Source: Gekko japonicus
Lineage: Eukaryota
DNA length: 64,000 nucleotides
Direction of reading: 5' to 3'
NCBI RefSeq assembly: GCF_001447785.1
Contig: NW_015164217.1
Span: 111,577-175,576, forward strand
Made by a program: the position numbers and the translations under genes
Notes under the pieces: generated by a model
Database searches by the model: none
The model's input: only the letters and a program-made list of their open reading frames with translations
Told to the model about the DNA's origin: nothing
In this document: positions 23,516-36,987 of the stretch, one piece after another
Layout of the letters: every line of letters starts with the position of its first letter
Numbering within the stretch: position 1 is the first letter of the stretch

Positions 23516-26500
23516 AACTCCCGTGGGCGCAGAACAGAACTTGGACGGAGAGCGGGAGGTCGCGTGCTTTCCCGAAGTGTCTCTGGGCTGTACCACTTCA
23601 TACTGCAGGTGGGGACTTCACAGGAACGCTCCTCTGTATAAAAAAGTCCCCTTCACGTACAGGACAAGAGTGCAGTGAGAAAGCCAGGCTGGAGGAAACC
23701 TTTTCCCCGACAGGTTAGTCCCTTGGCACGGAGCAGTCAAACACATGTGCTTCCCCCCACACACATACTGCATTCTGAAGTGAGACACCTCCTAGCACAA
23801 TTCATTCTGCTGTTTGTGAGAACTAGCCCCAAGACCTCAGGCCGAGGCAGGGCTTACAAGGAAGCATATTATTGAAAGCTGACTTCAGTTTGCTTAAGAG
23901 AGGAGCTTTGCTGGCTAGTTACCTGGTGTTGAGTGCCATTTGGAGGCAATGTACCATCCACATGGCACATGCACCTTCTGCCCCAAGAGCACCCCTGCAT
24001 TGTTTTATGACACACACAGTGGCGGGAAGCCCGTTGTTCGGCTCTTTCCGGAAGTTCCGTTCAGCCCAGTAGGTGAAAATCCTGCACACTCTAACCCTTA
24101 CCTGGAGGAAACGGTTTGAGCAAGTCCATTTCTTTTTTTTCTCTTGTCTCGATCATGAATGTTTTGCATCGCTGTGGCTCGCTGCTTGTGTGGTCATTCT
24201 CGTTCTCAATGATCTTGCTTGTCTACTAAAGCAAAGCAATGCAAAGAGGCAATCACAGGTGTAAGAGTTTTCTTGCAAGGGACTTTGCGCTACTAGTTTT
24301 CACTGGAAGAAAAAGTGTTAGTTCCAGGAAGCATCAACGCTTGGGATTTACTGTTTGACTAGCGCGAGAGAGCACACACGCTTGTCTCATCTGGTTTTGA
24401 CAATTGCCTTAGTTTTGTTTTTGTTTTAAATAACAGTTTGCTTTGCAGTGTGGTCGATGAGTGTCCACAGATGCCAGTTTTTTGAGATCTTAGACCGCCC
24501 TCGCTCTGCCAAGGCAGGGCTCCGGGCGGTGTACAACATAGTATATTCATACGTTATATATCAAAATGGTTTAAAACAATAAAAACATACTGATCAAGCT
24601 AAAAGATGGCGCTAGAGAAGTCCAGTAGTTCCACTGCCGCACGGGGGGGCAGGGGACAGGAGTGCCAGGAAGATGAGACCATCGCTGTCCTCAACCAAAT
24701 TCCTGGCGGAACATCTCTGCCTCACGTGCCCTGCGGAACTGCATCAAGTCCCGTAGGGCACAGATGTTTTCCAACATCTGTAGAGTTTCAACATCTGTAG
24801 TCTGTAGAGTTCCACCAGGTTGGGGCCAGGGCGGAAAATGCCCTGGCCCTGGTCGACGACAGCCGGACATCCCTCGGGCTGGAGACCACCAGTAAGTTCT
24901 GATCTACTGAGCACAGTGCACTTCTGGGGGTATACCGGGAGAGGTGGTCCCAAAGATATGTGGGTCCCTGACCGTTAAGGGTCTTGAATCCTTCCGGCAC
25001 ACACAGAACTGTATGTGGTTCTTGGGGTCACAGCCTACGAAGAGAGGGAAACGCACACTTAACTTACAGAAAGGGCCGGCTTGTCTCGAGTGAAATTCTG
25101 ACATTTGGAGAAGCGGATGGAAGTGAATCAGCCAAGTTTATCTGTGGATGTATCTTGAGAGTCAGAGTACTGTTTCCCACGCCATCTGTTAACAGGAGAC
25201 CAGGCCCTAGAGAAGGGAGCTTGTAACTGGCACGGAAAGGTCTGCACAAATGTTCTGCCACAGGAGCCGAAGCCAGAACAAGCCCTCGCTCCTGTCACGC
25301 ATGCTAAGAGGGGCACAGCCTGAGATTTTACAAGGGAATCTGTGTTGTTTCCGTCCGGCTTGCAAAAAACAGTGGGGATAACCACCACCCGGTGAGTCTG
25401 TCCTCCGCCGACACGGCTCAAACGTCACTCTGTCTTTGCGCACGAATCCCGCGAGGAATTGTTCCAACTGCGGGGGACCCAGCTGGAGCAGACAGCCCCG
25501 GTGGCAGGCCTAAATAAAAAACGATATGCCGCCCTGAACGTCCAAGTACCAGACTGAAAGCCATGTTTTGAACAGGAGGCGTATAATACCGATATGGTGT
25601 TGCTCTCTTCTCTGTGGTGAAAGCCTGGGCATCAAGAGAAACACCCAAATGGGCCGCTCGGTCAGCACCGGGACTGGAACGTCTGTCGTCCTCAAGTTCT
25701 TCAGCACATCGCTGAAGAAGAGAGCAGACCTGCAACTGACGTCGTCTGGGGATGCAAGAGAGAATTGTTCATTGGCTTTGGCTTGTTAGTTAATTACAAT
25801 TAGCGCTCGCAGCAGCTGCCGCCTGCCTGCCTTCTTCTGTCCCCCAGTTACAGATCGCTCGCTCGGTAATAGACAGCTACCTCCGAGGGGGGAACGGCAA
25901 CAGCTGTCGACTGTGGAGTTCCGTCTGTAGCACCGATGCAGGTATCGACAGAGCAGTTTCCTGCAGGTAGGCAGCGGCACCACACCGGGACAGTGATCTC
26001 CGCGGCATCAGAGTTATCCGTTTTATAAGCTGCGAGGAGCCATGTAAAACAGTGGGAAATGCTGACGGTGTTGGGGGTGGGAAGAGAATCTCATCCTGGC
26101 AAATGCGCTGTGTTTACTTTATCATTGCCGCCAAATGCAATTTAGCCTTTGGATCTGCAAATATTATATAAACTTGATATATACCATGATTGGGTGGTGT
26201 GACTCTTCTCTTTTTTCCACATTGGGAACTAGCTATTGCATACCGTAGCCAGGTTATGTTCTAATGGGTGCAGTTGCTAGTTGCATAGAGAAACGTCGCA
26301 GCCCCAACAAGGAGAAACCCACATTAATACATGGGGAAGCTAAAATAAGGAATCTTGTCCAGACGGAGAGGGGGTGACATTTACAAAAACATACAACAAC
26401 ATGGAGAAGAGAATGATTCATAACCTCATATAGAAACACCTGCCTAGTAGGGACTCACGGCATTGGAAGAAGTGAGGGTATGCTGAAATAAAATCTTGTT

Positions 26501-26726
26501 AAGATTTAAGGTGAGGGGGCCACGGTGGCTCAAGTGGTTAAGATGCTGAGCTGCGGACCAGAAGGTCGGCAGTTCGAGACCCGAGTGCCGCATGATGGAG
26601 TGAGATCCCGTCTCTGGCCCCAGCTCCTGCCAACCTAGCGGTTCGAAAGCAAGAAATTGCAAGTAGATAAATAGGTGCCGCTTTGGTGGGAAGGAAACAG
26701 CGTTCCGTGCACCTCAGCCACATGAC

Positions 26727-27288
26727 CTGCTTTGATCTAATTAGATCTAATTTATTACAGCAAGAGCCAGTAAAACAGTACAATTCTGATATAAGAAAGA
26801 TTAAAACAATAATAACATAAGAATAGTATAAAAACATTAACAAGAGAAGATTAATAAGAAAAAAATATTAATAAGAGAATCATACAATTTTTTCAGCTAA
26901 AATAAGTTTACGTTTCCTTATAGCTAAGCAACAAAATTTTGCCATAGCGTAAGTCACTGAGCTCTGAATATCTTCTAGGAGGAATTTACGAAGGACTTCT
27001 GGCCTAAAGGCAAGATAAGACTGCAGAGGGCTAAATCTAGACAGAAGGGGTAATATAAGATGGTCTCGTTCCTCCTGATAGAATCTGCAGAACAGGAGGA
27101 CATGAGTAACTGTTCCCCCTGACAAACTGGACTCCTGGGTTTCCGTTGGTGTAATTTGGTAGTATGGCCACCTTATCTTCCTTCTCTGCGTGAACATTAT
27201 TTGGTTGTCCATTTGTTACCGAAGGGATATTCTGAATACTTAAGAGGGGGGATAAAATTGCCATTTTACAGGAAAAAAATTAAATTTA
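26727..27288 (-). mobile_element. Non-LTR retrotransposon 3' fragment inserted in a Sauria SINE
   Basis: Flanked by duplicated cagccacatgac (26715-26726 / 27289-27300); ORF remnant TVTHVLLFCRFYQEER resembles a LINE C-terminal Zn-knuckle region. Confidence 0.6.
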
Positions 27289-27536
27289 CAGCCACATGAC
27301 TACAGAAATGTCACCGAGCAGCCCTGGCTCTTCAGCTTGGAAATGGAGATGAGCACCGCCCCCTAGAGTCGGATTTGACTGGCTTTCGAGCAAGGGAAAC
27401 CTTTACCTTTAATCTTTAAGGTGCCACTAGATTTCTGTCCATCTTTCCTCTTTCTCATAAAGGGGTTTTCCACATTCTCCTCATGTATGTATTTCTGTTG
27501 TTTCGGATATTTTTTCCCCCTGTTCTGCACACGCTT

Positions 27537-27645
27537 TGCTCCCTCTAGTGGTCAATTTGATACATTATCGCTTTGTGTCCGGCATAAAAACCTGATCTAT
27601 ACGGTACATAGTGATGTCATATCGAATCGACCTCTAGAGGGAGCA
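27537..27645. promoter_or_regulatory. Divergent pair of CTCF-like motifs
   Basis: TGACCACTAGAGGGAGCA on the minus strand (27554-27537) and CGACCTCTAGAGGGAGCA on the plus strand (27628-27645). Confidence 0.5.
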
Positions 27646-27655
27646 AAACATGTAC

Positions 27656-27686
<31 letters not shown>

Positions 27687-30600
27687 CCCAAGCAACAGGA
27701 ACATACAAGCGAGGAAAATAAAAATGTAGGAAAGCCTGAAAACCAGGGGTCATTTCATAGAAAAAGAGGTACAGGAGCTCATTAGCATAACTTATTTGCA
27801 TATGCCACACCCCCTGACATCACCGGAAGTGTGGCAGAAGGCAACCGCCACCACTCAGGCTCCACTGGACTTTTTTGGATTACTAGCTATTGGGGGGGGG
27901 AACGTGCAGCTCTGTCCTCGCAGAGGAGGGAGAGCTTGTACCTGAATAAAACTTGGTCTTAAAGGTGTTACTGGACTGTTTTGGGCTGGGGGGGGCCCTC
28001 TGCAACTTACCTGGCTGCTGCTTGCTCTGACTGATGGCGGCTGGGAGCAGGGGGTGGGGCTTGTTGCATGTGCCCGCCCCCTGGGCTCTTTACTGCCGGA
28101 GGTCCGCTCCTGCAAGAAATGACCCCTGCCCAAAACAGAAGTAAAGCTAGCCCTTTGAAGTCTGTCAGGAATCAGATAGGCAAAAAAAGGTACTACTTCA
28201 CACAATATAGTGTGCTTAGAAGAAGAAGATAAGAGATTGGATTTATATCCCGCCCTTGGAGTCTCAGAGCGGCTTACAAACTCCTTTCCCTTCCCCTCCC
28301 CACAACAGACACCCTGTGAGGTGGGTGGGGCTGAGAGAACTCTGACACAAACTGCTCTTTTTCAAGGACAGCTGTGCCAGAGCTTGTGACTGACCCAAGG
28401 TCACCCAGCCAGGTGCAAGTGGAGGAGTGGGGAATCAAACCCGGTTCTCCCAGATTAGAGTCCGCACACTTAACCACTACACCAAACCGGCTCTCTTAGG
28501 GAACTCACTGCTATAAGCTTACATGACTGTAAAAATGGGGCAGCGTTTTTCAGTGGCTGTTCATCATACTCCCTGAATAGAACCTCCAAACTTAGAGACT
28601 GCATGCTTCATGCCAGATCGGGGAGGGGGGCGCCAACAACAGTGGTCCTCACCTTCTGTTCCGAACTGCACCAGCCTGGTGTGCTGTGACAAGCAGAACA
28701 CGGGACTAGAGGGACCCCGGCGGGCCAAGCGTGACATTCTTCTATCTCAGCATAGCAAATGCTGGCTAAGCCTTAAATTTTAAAGATGCAAGAATAAAGC
28801 CATTGTTGTCTATCCCACCATCCTGCCCCTTCGCTTCCCAGGGACACATAAATTGTACAACCAGAGGCATAAGAACGTAAGAGCTGGCTGGATCAGACCC
28901 GTGGTCCATCTACGTCAGTGTCCTGTTTCATAAAGCAGCCAACCAGTTGCACTGGAGAACCAAACGGGCACGGAGGCTAAGACCTTCCCCAATGTTGCCT
29001 CCTGGAACTGGGATTGAGGTTTGCTGCCTCTGAACATGGAGGCTCCCTTTAGTCACTGGCTGGTAGCCACTGATAGACCTGTCCTCTGTGAATCTGTCTA
29101 ATCCCCATTTAAAGTGATCTTTAAAGCTAGGCCTGGAAGAAATGTTAATAGAGGTTACATAGCGGGACAGCGGAAGACAGGAAGGCCTGGCGGGATCTGG
29201 TCCATGGGGTTGCGAAGAGTCGGACTCGACTGTGCGACTGAACAACAACAACATTTGAGCACCTGTGGATTCTTATGTCAGAGCCAGTTTGGTGTAGTGG
29301 TTAAGAGTGTGGACTCTAATATGGGAGAACTGGGTTTGATTCCCCACTTCTCCACATACAGCTGCTGGTGTGACCTTGGGTCAGTCACAAGTTCTCTCAG
29401 AGTGGTTCTCTCACAGGCAATTCTGTCACTCAGCCCCACCTACCTCACAGGGTGTCTGTTGAGGGGAGGGGAAAGGAAAGGGATTGTAAGCTGCTCTTTG
29501 GACTCCTTCGGGTAGTGAAGGGCGGGGTATAAATCCAATCTCTTCTTCTTCTTTCCCTCCCACATCACGTTACACTCATTCCTCCCAGTCACACAAATCC
29601 AAAACTCATACTCTTGCTCAGGTAAAAACAACCTTTTATTGTTTCCTTGTGAAACAACGGCACTTTGTTTCTTTCAGTGCTCATTTTGACAAGCTACGTG
29701 TTCCTGGAGGGGAAAAAATTAAAAATAAGATCACCTGAACGGGATGTGTGCGCTTCCAGATTAATGTTTCTTGTGATGTTTGGCTCATTGGTTGTAGCGA
29801 ATCCAGGCAAACCTGCCTGCCCAAGCCAGCCCTTCTGGTACACGGATGTCTGCGTTTCTTAGCTTTCAAAGCCACCGTGTTTTTACACAGAGAAAATGTT
29901 TTCTCCTGACCTCAACACCAAATTGTGGAAAGTGGTTGCAACAACATCACTGGCACCTGTTGGTAAAATGGCCAACTCACCACTCCACATTACACTCACA
30001 CACACCACTGTGTCATTTTTCACTGCTATTAAACTGACTCAGAACCTTGGCTTTGTGGTGTGCTGTTTTGCCTCTGGAGTATTCATACAGCTTTGACAAA
30101 ACAAAACAAAATATTGGTTTTAAGCTGCCAGCGGTATTTTATTTCCTTACACCCCGCTTTCCCCCCCAATGGGGACCCAACGCAGTGTACAACATCTCTC
30201 CTCCAATTTCTCCTCACAACAACCGTCCTGTGAGGTAAGAGGTTGAGAATTACTGATTAATTCACCCAGCAAGCTTCCATGGCAGAGTGGCAATTCGAAC
30301 CTGGTTCTCCCAGATCCTAGGCCTGAACAGAAACCCAGTGGTACTGACTTCACAGCTTGCGGAGAGCCACACTCACAATTCTCCTCAGCCAAAAGAGCCA
30401 CATTGATTTCCATCCTTGGCAAGAGGCCCGCACTTCAGGGAGGCTCACAGCTTACCCATTCTTCCGCCAGCGGCTGTTTCAAGGTGCGAATCACCTGCCA
30501 ACCACAGGCCCACTCAGGCAAGGGCCTTGCCCATTTTCCTGAAACACAAGGCAGGTGGCACACTGGGCAACAAGCGCCACAAGTGGCATGTCAAAGAGCC

Positions 30601-33600
30601 ACGAGTCGCTCGCTCCCAATGATAACTGCTCTAACCACTACACGCCACCCTTGTTTAGCGGAAGGAGCTCTTCTACTGCTGCTGTTCGACATGCACCAAT
30701 GTGGGTAAGGCGGCAGAAAAGAGAGGCCGGCTTTTTTGTTGGCCAACACCCAGACACTCAACAGAAGGAGGGCTTACCCAGGCAGGCCAAGACCAAGCAA
30801 GATCATCTAGTATGCTGCAAAGGAGGATGGGGACCAAGCATACACTTTGCATGTGGAAGGCTTTCTATTCCAACCTCTGGCATACCCAGAGCTGAGAAGG
30901 AGAGCTCGAGTAGGTAACACTATGTTAAATGGTCCAGCAGCTCCAGGTATTCTTAAGAGCATTAAGTTTAGCAGCAAGACAGCCAGGTTCAAATTCTTAC
31001 ACACAACCAAGCAAAAACCTCCAAAGGATGTTTAGAAGAGTAGTAAAGAGTAGTAAAGGAGCTGCGGTGGCTCAAGTGGTTAAGACGCTGAACTGCAGGC
31101 TGTGGAAGGTCGGTAGTTCAGCAGTTCGAGACCCGAGTGTGCCGCATGACGGAGTGAGCTCCCATCTCTGGTTCCAGCTCCTGCCAACCTAGCAGTTCGA
31201 AAGCAAGAAATTGCAAGTAGATAAATAGGTACCGCTTCGGTGGGAAGGTAACAGCGTTCCGTGCGCCTCGGTGTTCAGTCATGCCGGCCACATGACCACG
31301 GAAACGTCTTCGGACAGCGCTGGCTCTTTGGCTTTGAAACGGAGATGAGCACCGCAGCCCTAGAGTCAGACTCGACTGGCTTTCGAGCAAGGGAACCTTT
31401 ACCTTTACCTTAAAGGGCCAAAAGTTAAACACATCAATAGGTATAGGCAAAAGTACACGTTTATTTCAAAAACATAAAAACCTTGTAGGGGCCCAAGTAA
31501 AGCCTCATAAAGTAATCAGTGACAAATGCACAGAAAGAACCATCTATGACCGGACGCATTTCGGCCCACATGAGCCTTCTTCACAAGTCAAATACTACAG
31601 AATACAACATGCAACAAAGCCTGTTACATGTTGTATGTTGTATACCTATTGATGTTTTTAACTTTTGGCCCTTTACTAAACTTCCTTTGGAGGTTTTTGC
31701 TCGGTTGGTTTAGTTTTTCATTCGCTACCTCACGGAGCAGCCACAAAACGCCCTATGTATATATTCACACTAAGGCAGGAAAGAAATCTTGATTTAAGAA
31801 ATGAATTTCTTAATCACTGTATTCTTTCCTGTGCTAGGTCTGAAGATATGCATCTCATCAGACCTTGGAAGCTAAGAAGGGTTAGCCCTGGTGAGCAGTG
31901 TTCCCTCTAAGTTGAGTTAGTGTGAGCTAGCTCACAGTTTTTTAGCCTCCAGCTCACACGTTTTTGTCTTAGCTCAGGAAGGATGGCTCCAGAGCACACT
32001 GATGCCGTAGCCAAATTGCTCACTCACAACTTTAATGCCAGTATCTCACAAAGTAGAATTTTTGCTCACAAAATTCCACATCTTAGAGGGAACATTGCTG
32101 GTACTTGGATAGGAGACCACCAAGAAATACCAGGGTTGCTTTGCCAAGGCAGGCAACGGCAAATCACCTCTGAACGTCTCTTGCCTTGAAAACCCCATGG
32201 AGTTGCCATAAGTTAGCTGTGACTTTGCCCCAAACAAATAGCCACAGAGGCTGTACCAACTTTACAAACAAGCCAGCTTAGTCACCTTTTGTTCAGACCA
32301 ACAAACTTTGAAGAATGCAGATCGGCCCCAGAGATCCTTGCAGACACACACCCTATGTAGTGACAGCCAGCTGGACATTGCCACAAGAAACTAGAGAATG
32401 TTGTGGAGTACAATGCCAGTTTTGCAGATCCTTCACATGCTTGTAGATAGAGGATGCAATAAACCTGCATGACACAGTCCCAGGGTGACTCACACACCAA
32501 TTCCACAAAGACAGGTGCCAGAGGACACAGGATGGTCACACTGGTCCTGCACAACGATCGCCTTGAAAGAGCTAACCCTTCACCAGTGTGTGACAACAGG
32601 CAATGCTGAAAACTGAATTTGCATCTCCTAATGCAAGGCTTATAGCTTCTGTGCCCAACTTCTGTGCTCATGAGGGCCAGAAACCTAGATTTAAAAGAAA
32701 AAATGTATTGCAACTCTGGCACACAGCATATGATTTTGGAGAACTTGTAAGGCGGAAGAGCCCAGTATTAAGGTCAGTTTAGAACAGGGGTCCCCAGTGT
32801 GCCTGTGGGCGCCATGGCATCCGCCAACACCGTTCCTGGTGCCCACCAAGTGTTTTTACAAAGTGGGTGGGCCCAACAAGACTTCTGAGTGGCTATGCAG
32901 GTTTTTTTTAAAAAATTGATTGGCTATGGAGGGGTTTTTTTAAATGTTGATTTGATTGGCTATGCAGGTTTTTAAAAATGTTGCTTTGCCACCAGCTTCC
33001 ACCATAACAAAACAAGGATCCTCACTGTGTGACTGAAGGTAAGCTGTGGCAGCCATTTTATTGCTGGCTCCGCCTTGTGGCAGCTATACTGTGGCAGCCA
33101 TTTTGTGTCTGCTCCCAACACACTGTGTCAGAACTTCAGAGGTCTCCGGAATGCGATGCCGTTTCGACAAACGTCTTCTTCTAACCAAGAGTCTATACGT
33201 TGATGATGTATGAAAAATTGCACTTCAATGGAAAAGCTGCCCAATTCACATGGAGTTCAATCTTTTCACCTATTTCATTGCATAAGTAATAGAGAAGAAC
33301 ATCTCTCAAACACATAAGCTTTATTCTGTTTGAGAGTCCATTACTTATGCAATGAAATAGGTGAAACTACTGAACTCCATGAGAACTTCAGAGGTGCCTG
33401 CAAGATCAAAAAGGTTGGGGATCCCTGGCTTGGAAGCCATGAGTGGGTATATGGACTATTCTTCGCCTTGCAGTTCCTAGAGGCAAGAACGGATGTTTAC
33501 TACTGTCAACAGCGTTTAAATATGCAAAGGAAGTGGAGCACTGGCTGCTTAGAGAAAAATAAGTAGGTTTATTATAGAAGAACAAACTGTTATAGAACAT

Positions 33601-36239
33601 ACAGAGAGAAAGCCTAAACTAACCAGTCTAAGTGCTGTGAGAGGAGACCGGAACTGAAAGCTCTGTAGGGAGCAGGAAGTCTCCAGAAGAGCCAATCAGG
33701 AGACAGCGAGGACACAATTTGAAATAGCGGGAAGTCCCTAATCTAGCTATGCGAGCTAGCAGTCCTTCAGCTGCCCGCTTGTAGGGTGATCTTCAGATCT
33801 TCTTCGTAAGGCCGCACTATGGATCTTGCATATTCCAACAACACTGGTTGTATCACTCACTGGCTACCAGCTGAAACAGGGTGGTTCACATACAATGTTG
33901 TTGTTGTTCAGTCGCACAGTCGAGTCCGACTCTTCGCGACCCCATGGACCAGATCATGCCAGGCCCTCCGGTCTTCCGCCATCCTCTGAAGTTGGCTCAA
34001 CTTCATGTCCGTTGCATCTATGACACTGTCTAACCATCTCATCCTTTGCCGTCCCCGTCTTCTTTGACCTTCAATCTTTCCCAGCATCAGGGTCTTCTCT
34101 AGGGAGTGCTCCCTTCTCATTGGGTGGCCAAAGTATTTGAGCTTCAGTTTCATTATCTGGCCTTCCAGGGAACAGTCAGGGTTGATTTCTTTTAGGATTG
34201 ACTGACTTGATCTGCTTGCAGTCCAAGGGACTCTCAAGAGTCTTCTCCAGCAACATAGTTCAAAAGAATCTATTCTTCGGCATTCGGCCTTCCTTATAGT
34301 CCAACTCTCGCATGGGCTTAATAAGGAAGCGCCATCTGGATCAGTGAGAAAGATGCACGATCAGCAAACATCCTGACTAAGGTGCTGGATGCCACCAAAC
34401 ACTAGAAGTAGAAAAGTCCTGGTTTCAGTTTGAACAGAGTACACAATTCTTTATTAGCCTGTCACAGGCAAATAGAAAGAAACTAGCTGGCAAAAGGTCC
34501 TTTCTGCTTTCTTCCCATCCCTGTGGGAAAGGAATTTACACTGGGAGAAAGGGCATGTCTGTGCAACCCACTCCCATGTAAAGCACAGGATTTGCTATCA
34601 GTGGTACCCAGAACTGGAAGGCACTGGTTCAAAACTCCAGGCCTCGATCAAAGCTGTGTATATAGTGACTGGGCTTCAGAAAGTGATAATCAAAACTCCA
34701 AATTAATGTTCTAAATCTTGAAAGTCAGGATTCTGCAACCAGGACATTGCATCCAAACAAAGTGAGGGTTTCCTGCTTTCCAAGAAAACTTCCTCCACTT
34801 CAGTTAGCCTTTGGGAGGGGCAGGAAACAGTAGGGAGAAACCCAAACCCCAGCCTAGAAAGCCCTTTTTGGTCTCCCTCTGATATCACTATGCCCTGCCG
34901 CTGCCATAGTTTCATGTTTCCCCCCTCTACAGCCATAAAGACTCTGTTGAATTTCAGTCCCTATTATCAAACTCCACGTGTGCCTGGGACAATTCAGGAC
35001 ACAAGACAGACACACAGCTCTTGCTTTCCTCTGCGCCTGCACACTGAGACCTCTCTCACTTTGGTGTCGTGGTTAAGTGCGCGGACTCTAATCTGGGTTT
35101 GGTTCCCCACTCCTCCACTTGCACCTGGCTGGATGACCTTGGGCAAGCCATAGTTCTGACAAGAGCTGTCCTTGAAAAAGGGCAGTTTCTGTCCGAGCTC
35201 TCTCAGCCCCACCTACCTCACAGGGTGTCTGTTGTGGGGAGGGGAAGGGAAAAGAGTGTAAGCCGCTCTGAGACACCTTTGGGTAGTGACGGGCGGGGTA
35301 TAAATCCAATCTCCTCCTCTCCTCCTCCTCCTATCCATCCTGCTGGATGACCTTGGGCAAGCCGTAGCTCTGATAAGAGCTGTTCTTGAAAAAGAGCAGT
35401 TTCTGTCAGAGCTCTCTCAGTCCCGCCTACCTCAAAGGGTGTCTGTTGTGCGGAGGGGAAGGGAAAGGAGTTTGTAAGCCGCTCTGAGACTCCTTTGGGT
35501 AGTGAAGGGCGGGGTATAAATCCAATCTCCTCCTCTCCTATCCATCCTGCTGGATGACCTTGGGCAAGCCATAGTTTTGACAAGAGCTGTCCTTGAAAAA
35601 AAAGAGCAGTTTCTGTCAAGAGCTCTCTCAGCCCCACCTACCTCACAGGGTGTCTGTTGTGGGGAGGGGAAGGGAAAGGAGTTTGTAAGCCGCTCTGAGA
35701 CTCCTTCGGGTAGTGACGGGCAGGGTATAAATCCAATCTCCTCCTCCTCCTATCCATCTAGATGGTAAGGAGATGCTCTGCAGGCCACAGACTCCCAAGA
35801 AGTCTTGCTGAAAAGGTATTGCATTCATAGACGACCATCCAAAAGGTGACACACCAGAAGGAAGCTGGGTACAGGGCTTCCTACCCTCTTGGCCAAACAG
35901 CCTCAGACGGATCTATGTATTTATTAAATTAGATTTTTTTAAACCGCACTCCCCTGTAAACCGGGCTCGGGGTGGTGTACAACAATAAAATAGACATAAG
36001 TCAGTTACCAATTAAAAAAACAATAAAACCCAGTAAAATACAACAAGCAACCTAATGAGATGACACCGCTCGGACTGTCGACTATGCCACTGCCCCCGCG
36101 GGAGGGAGGGAGGCGGGAAGACAAGGGCGGCCAGGCAGATGGAGACCATCACTGGCCTTGACCTAATGCCTGGCGGAACGTCTCTGCCTTACAGGCCCGG
36201 CAGAATGGCGTCAGATCCCGCAGGACATGGATGTTATTC

Positions 36240-36660
36240 TGTAGAGAGTTCCGCTAGGCTGGGGCCAGAGCAGAAAACACCCTGGTCCTGGTTGAGGACA
36301 GCCGGATGTATCTCAGGCCAGGGACCACCAGTAAGTTCTTATCCGCTGAGCGCAATGCTCTCCGGGGGCTACAAGGCGGTCCTGAAGGTACGTGGATCCC
36401 AGACCGTTTAGGGCTTTAACGGTTAACACCAGAAGCCTTGAACCTGATCTGGTACTCCACCCGGAGTTAGTGCAGCTTACGCAGCACAGGTTGGATGTGT
36501 GCCGTTCGTGGGGTCCCGGGAAGGACCCGCGCCGCCGCATTCTGAACCAGCCAGAGTCTCCGGGTCAGCCTCAAGGGCAGCGCAGAGCGAGTTACAGTAG
36601 TCTAATCTGGAGGTGACCATTGCATGGATCGCTGTGGAAGATGGAATGCGGACTGCTCCT
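36240..36660 (-). mobile_element. L2 LINE ORF2 remnant (another ~24790-25030)
   Basis: AIHAMVTSRLDYCNSL and VLTVKALNGLGSTYLQDRL are characteristic of L2 ORF2. Confidence 0.75.
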
Positions 36661-36987
36661 CTTCGGAAAAAGTAGAGACGGTTCACACCCTTCCGTCGTC
36701 CATTCCCTACTTCTTGCTCAGCCTAAAGAAGCAGCATTTCCTATTGGGGGAGGGGGGGAGAATGCACATTTAACATACTCCCCTGAACTAGCCCTCCTTC
36801 ATCACCAAGGCACAACCAGTTCTGGCACTTCCTGGAACTTGGGGCGCCTTCCCCTTCTCGTCGGGAAAGGCCCCTTTCTGTGCCGTTCCCCGTCTCCCTC
36901 TGGTTTTTGCTCCTCACACGACAATGCGCATTGTCTTCCTGCCTCCACCCGGACCCCCGAAGCTGAGGCACGTAGCCACAGCTTTTG

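Noticed and set aside
32282-32722. 146-aa Cys-rich minus-strand ORF
   Set aside because: No recognisable domain or supporting splice structure; probably UTR or intergenic sequence.
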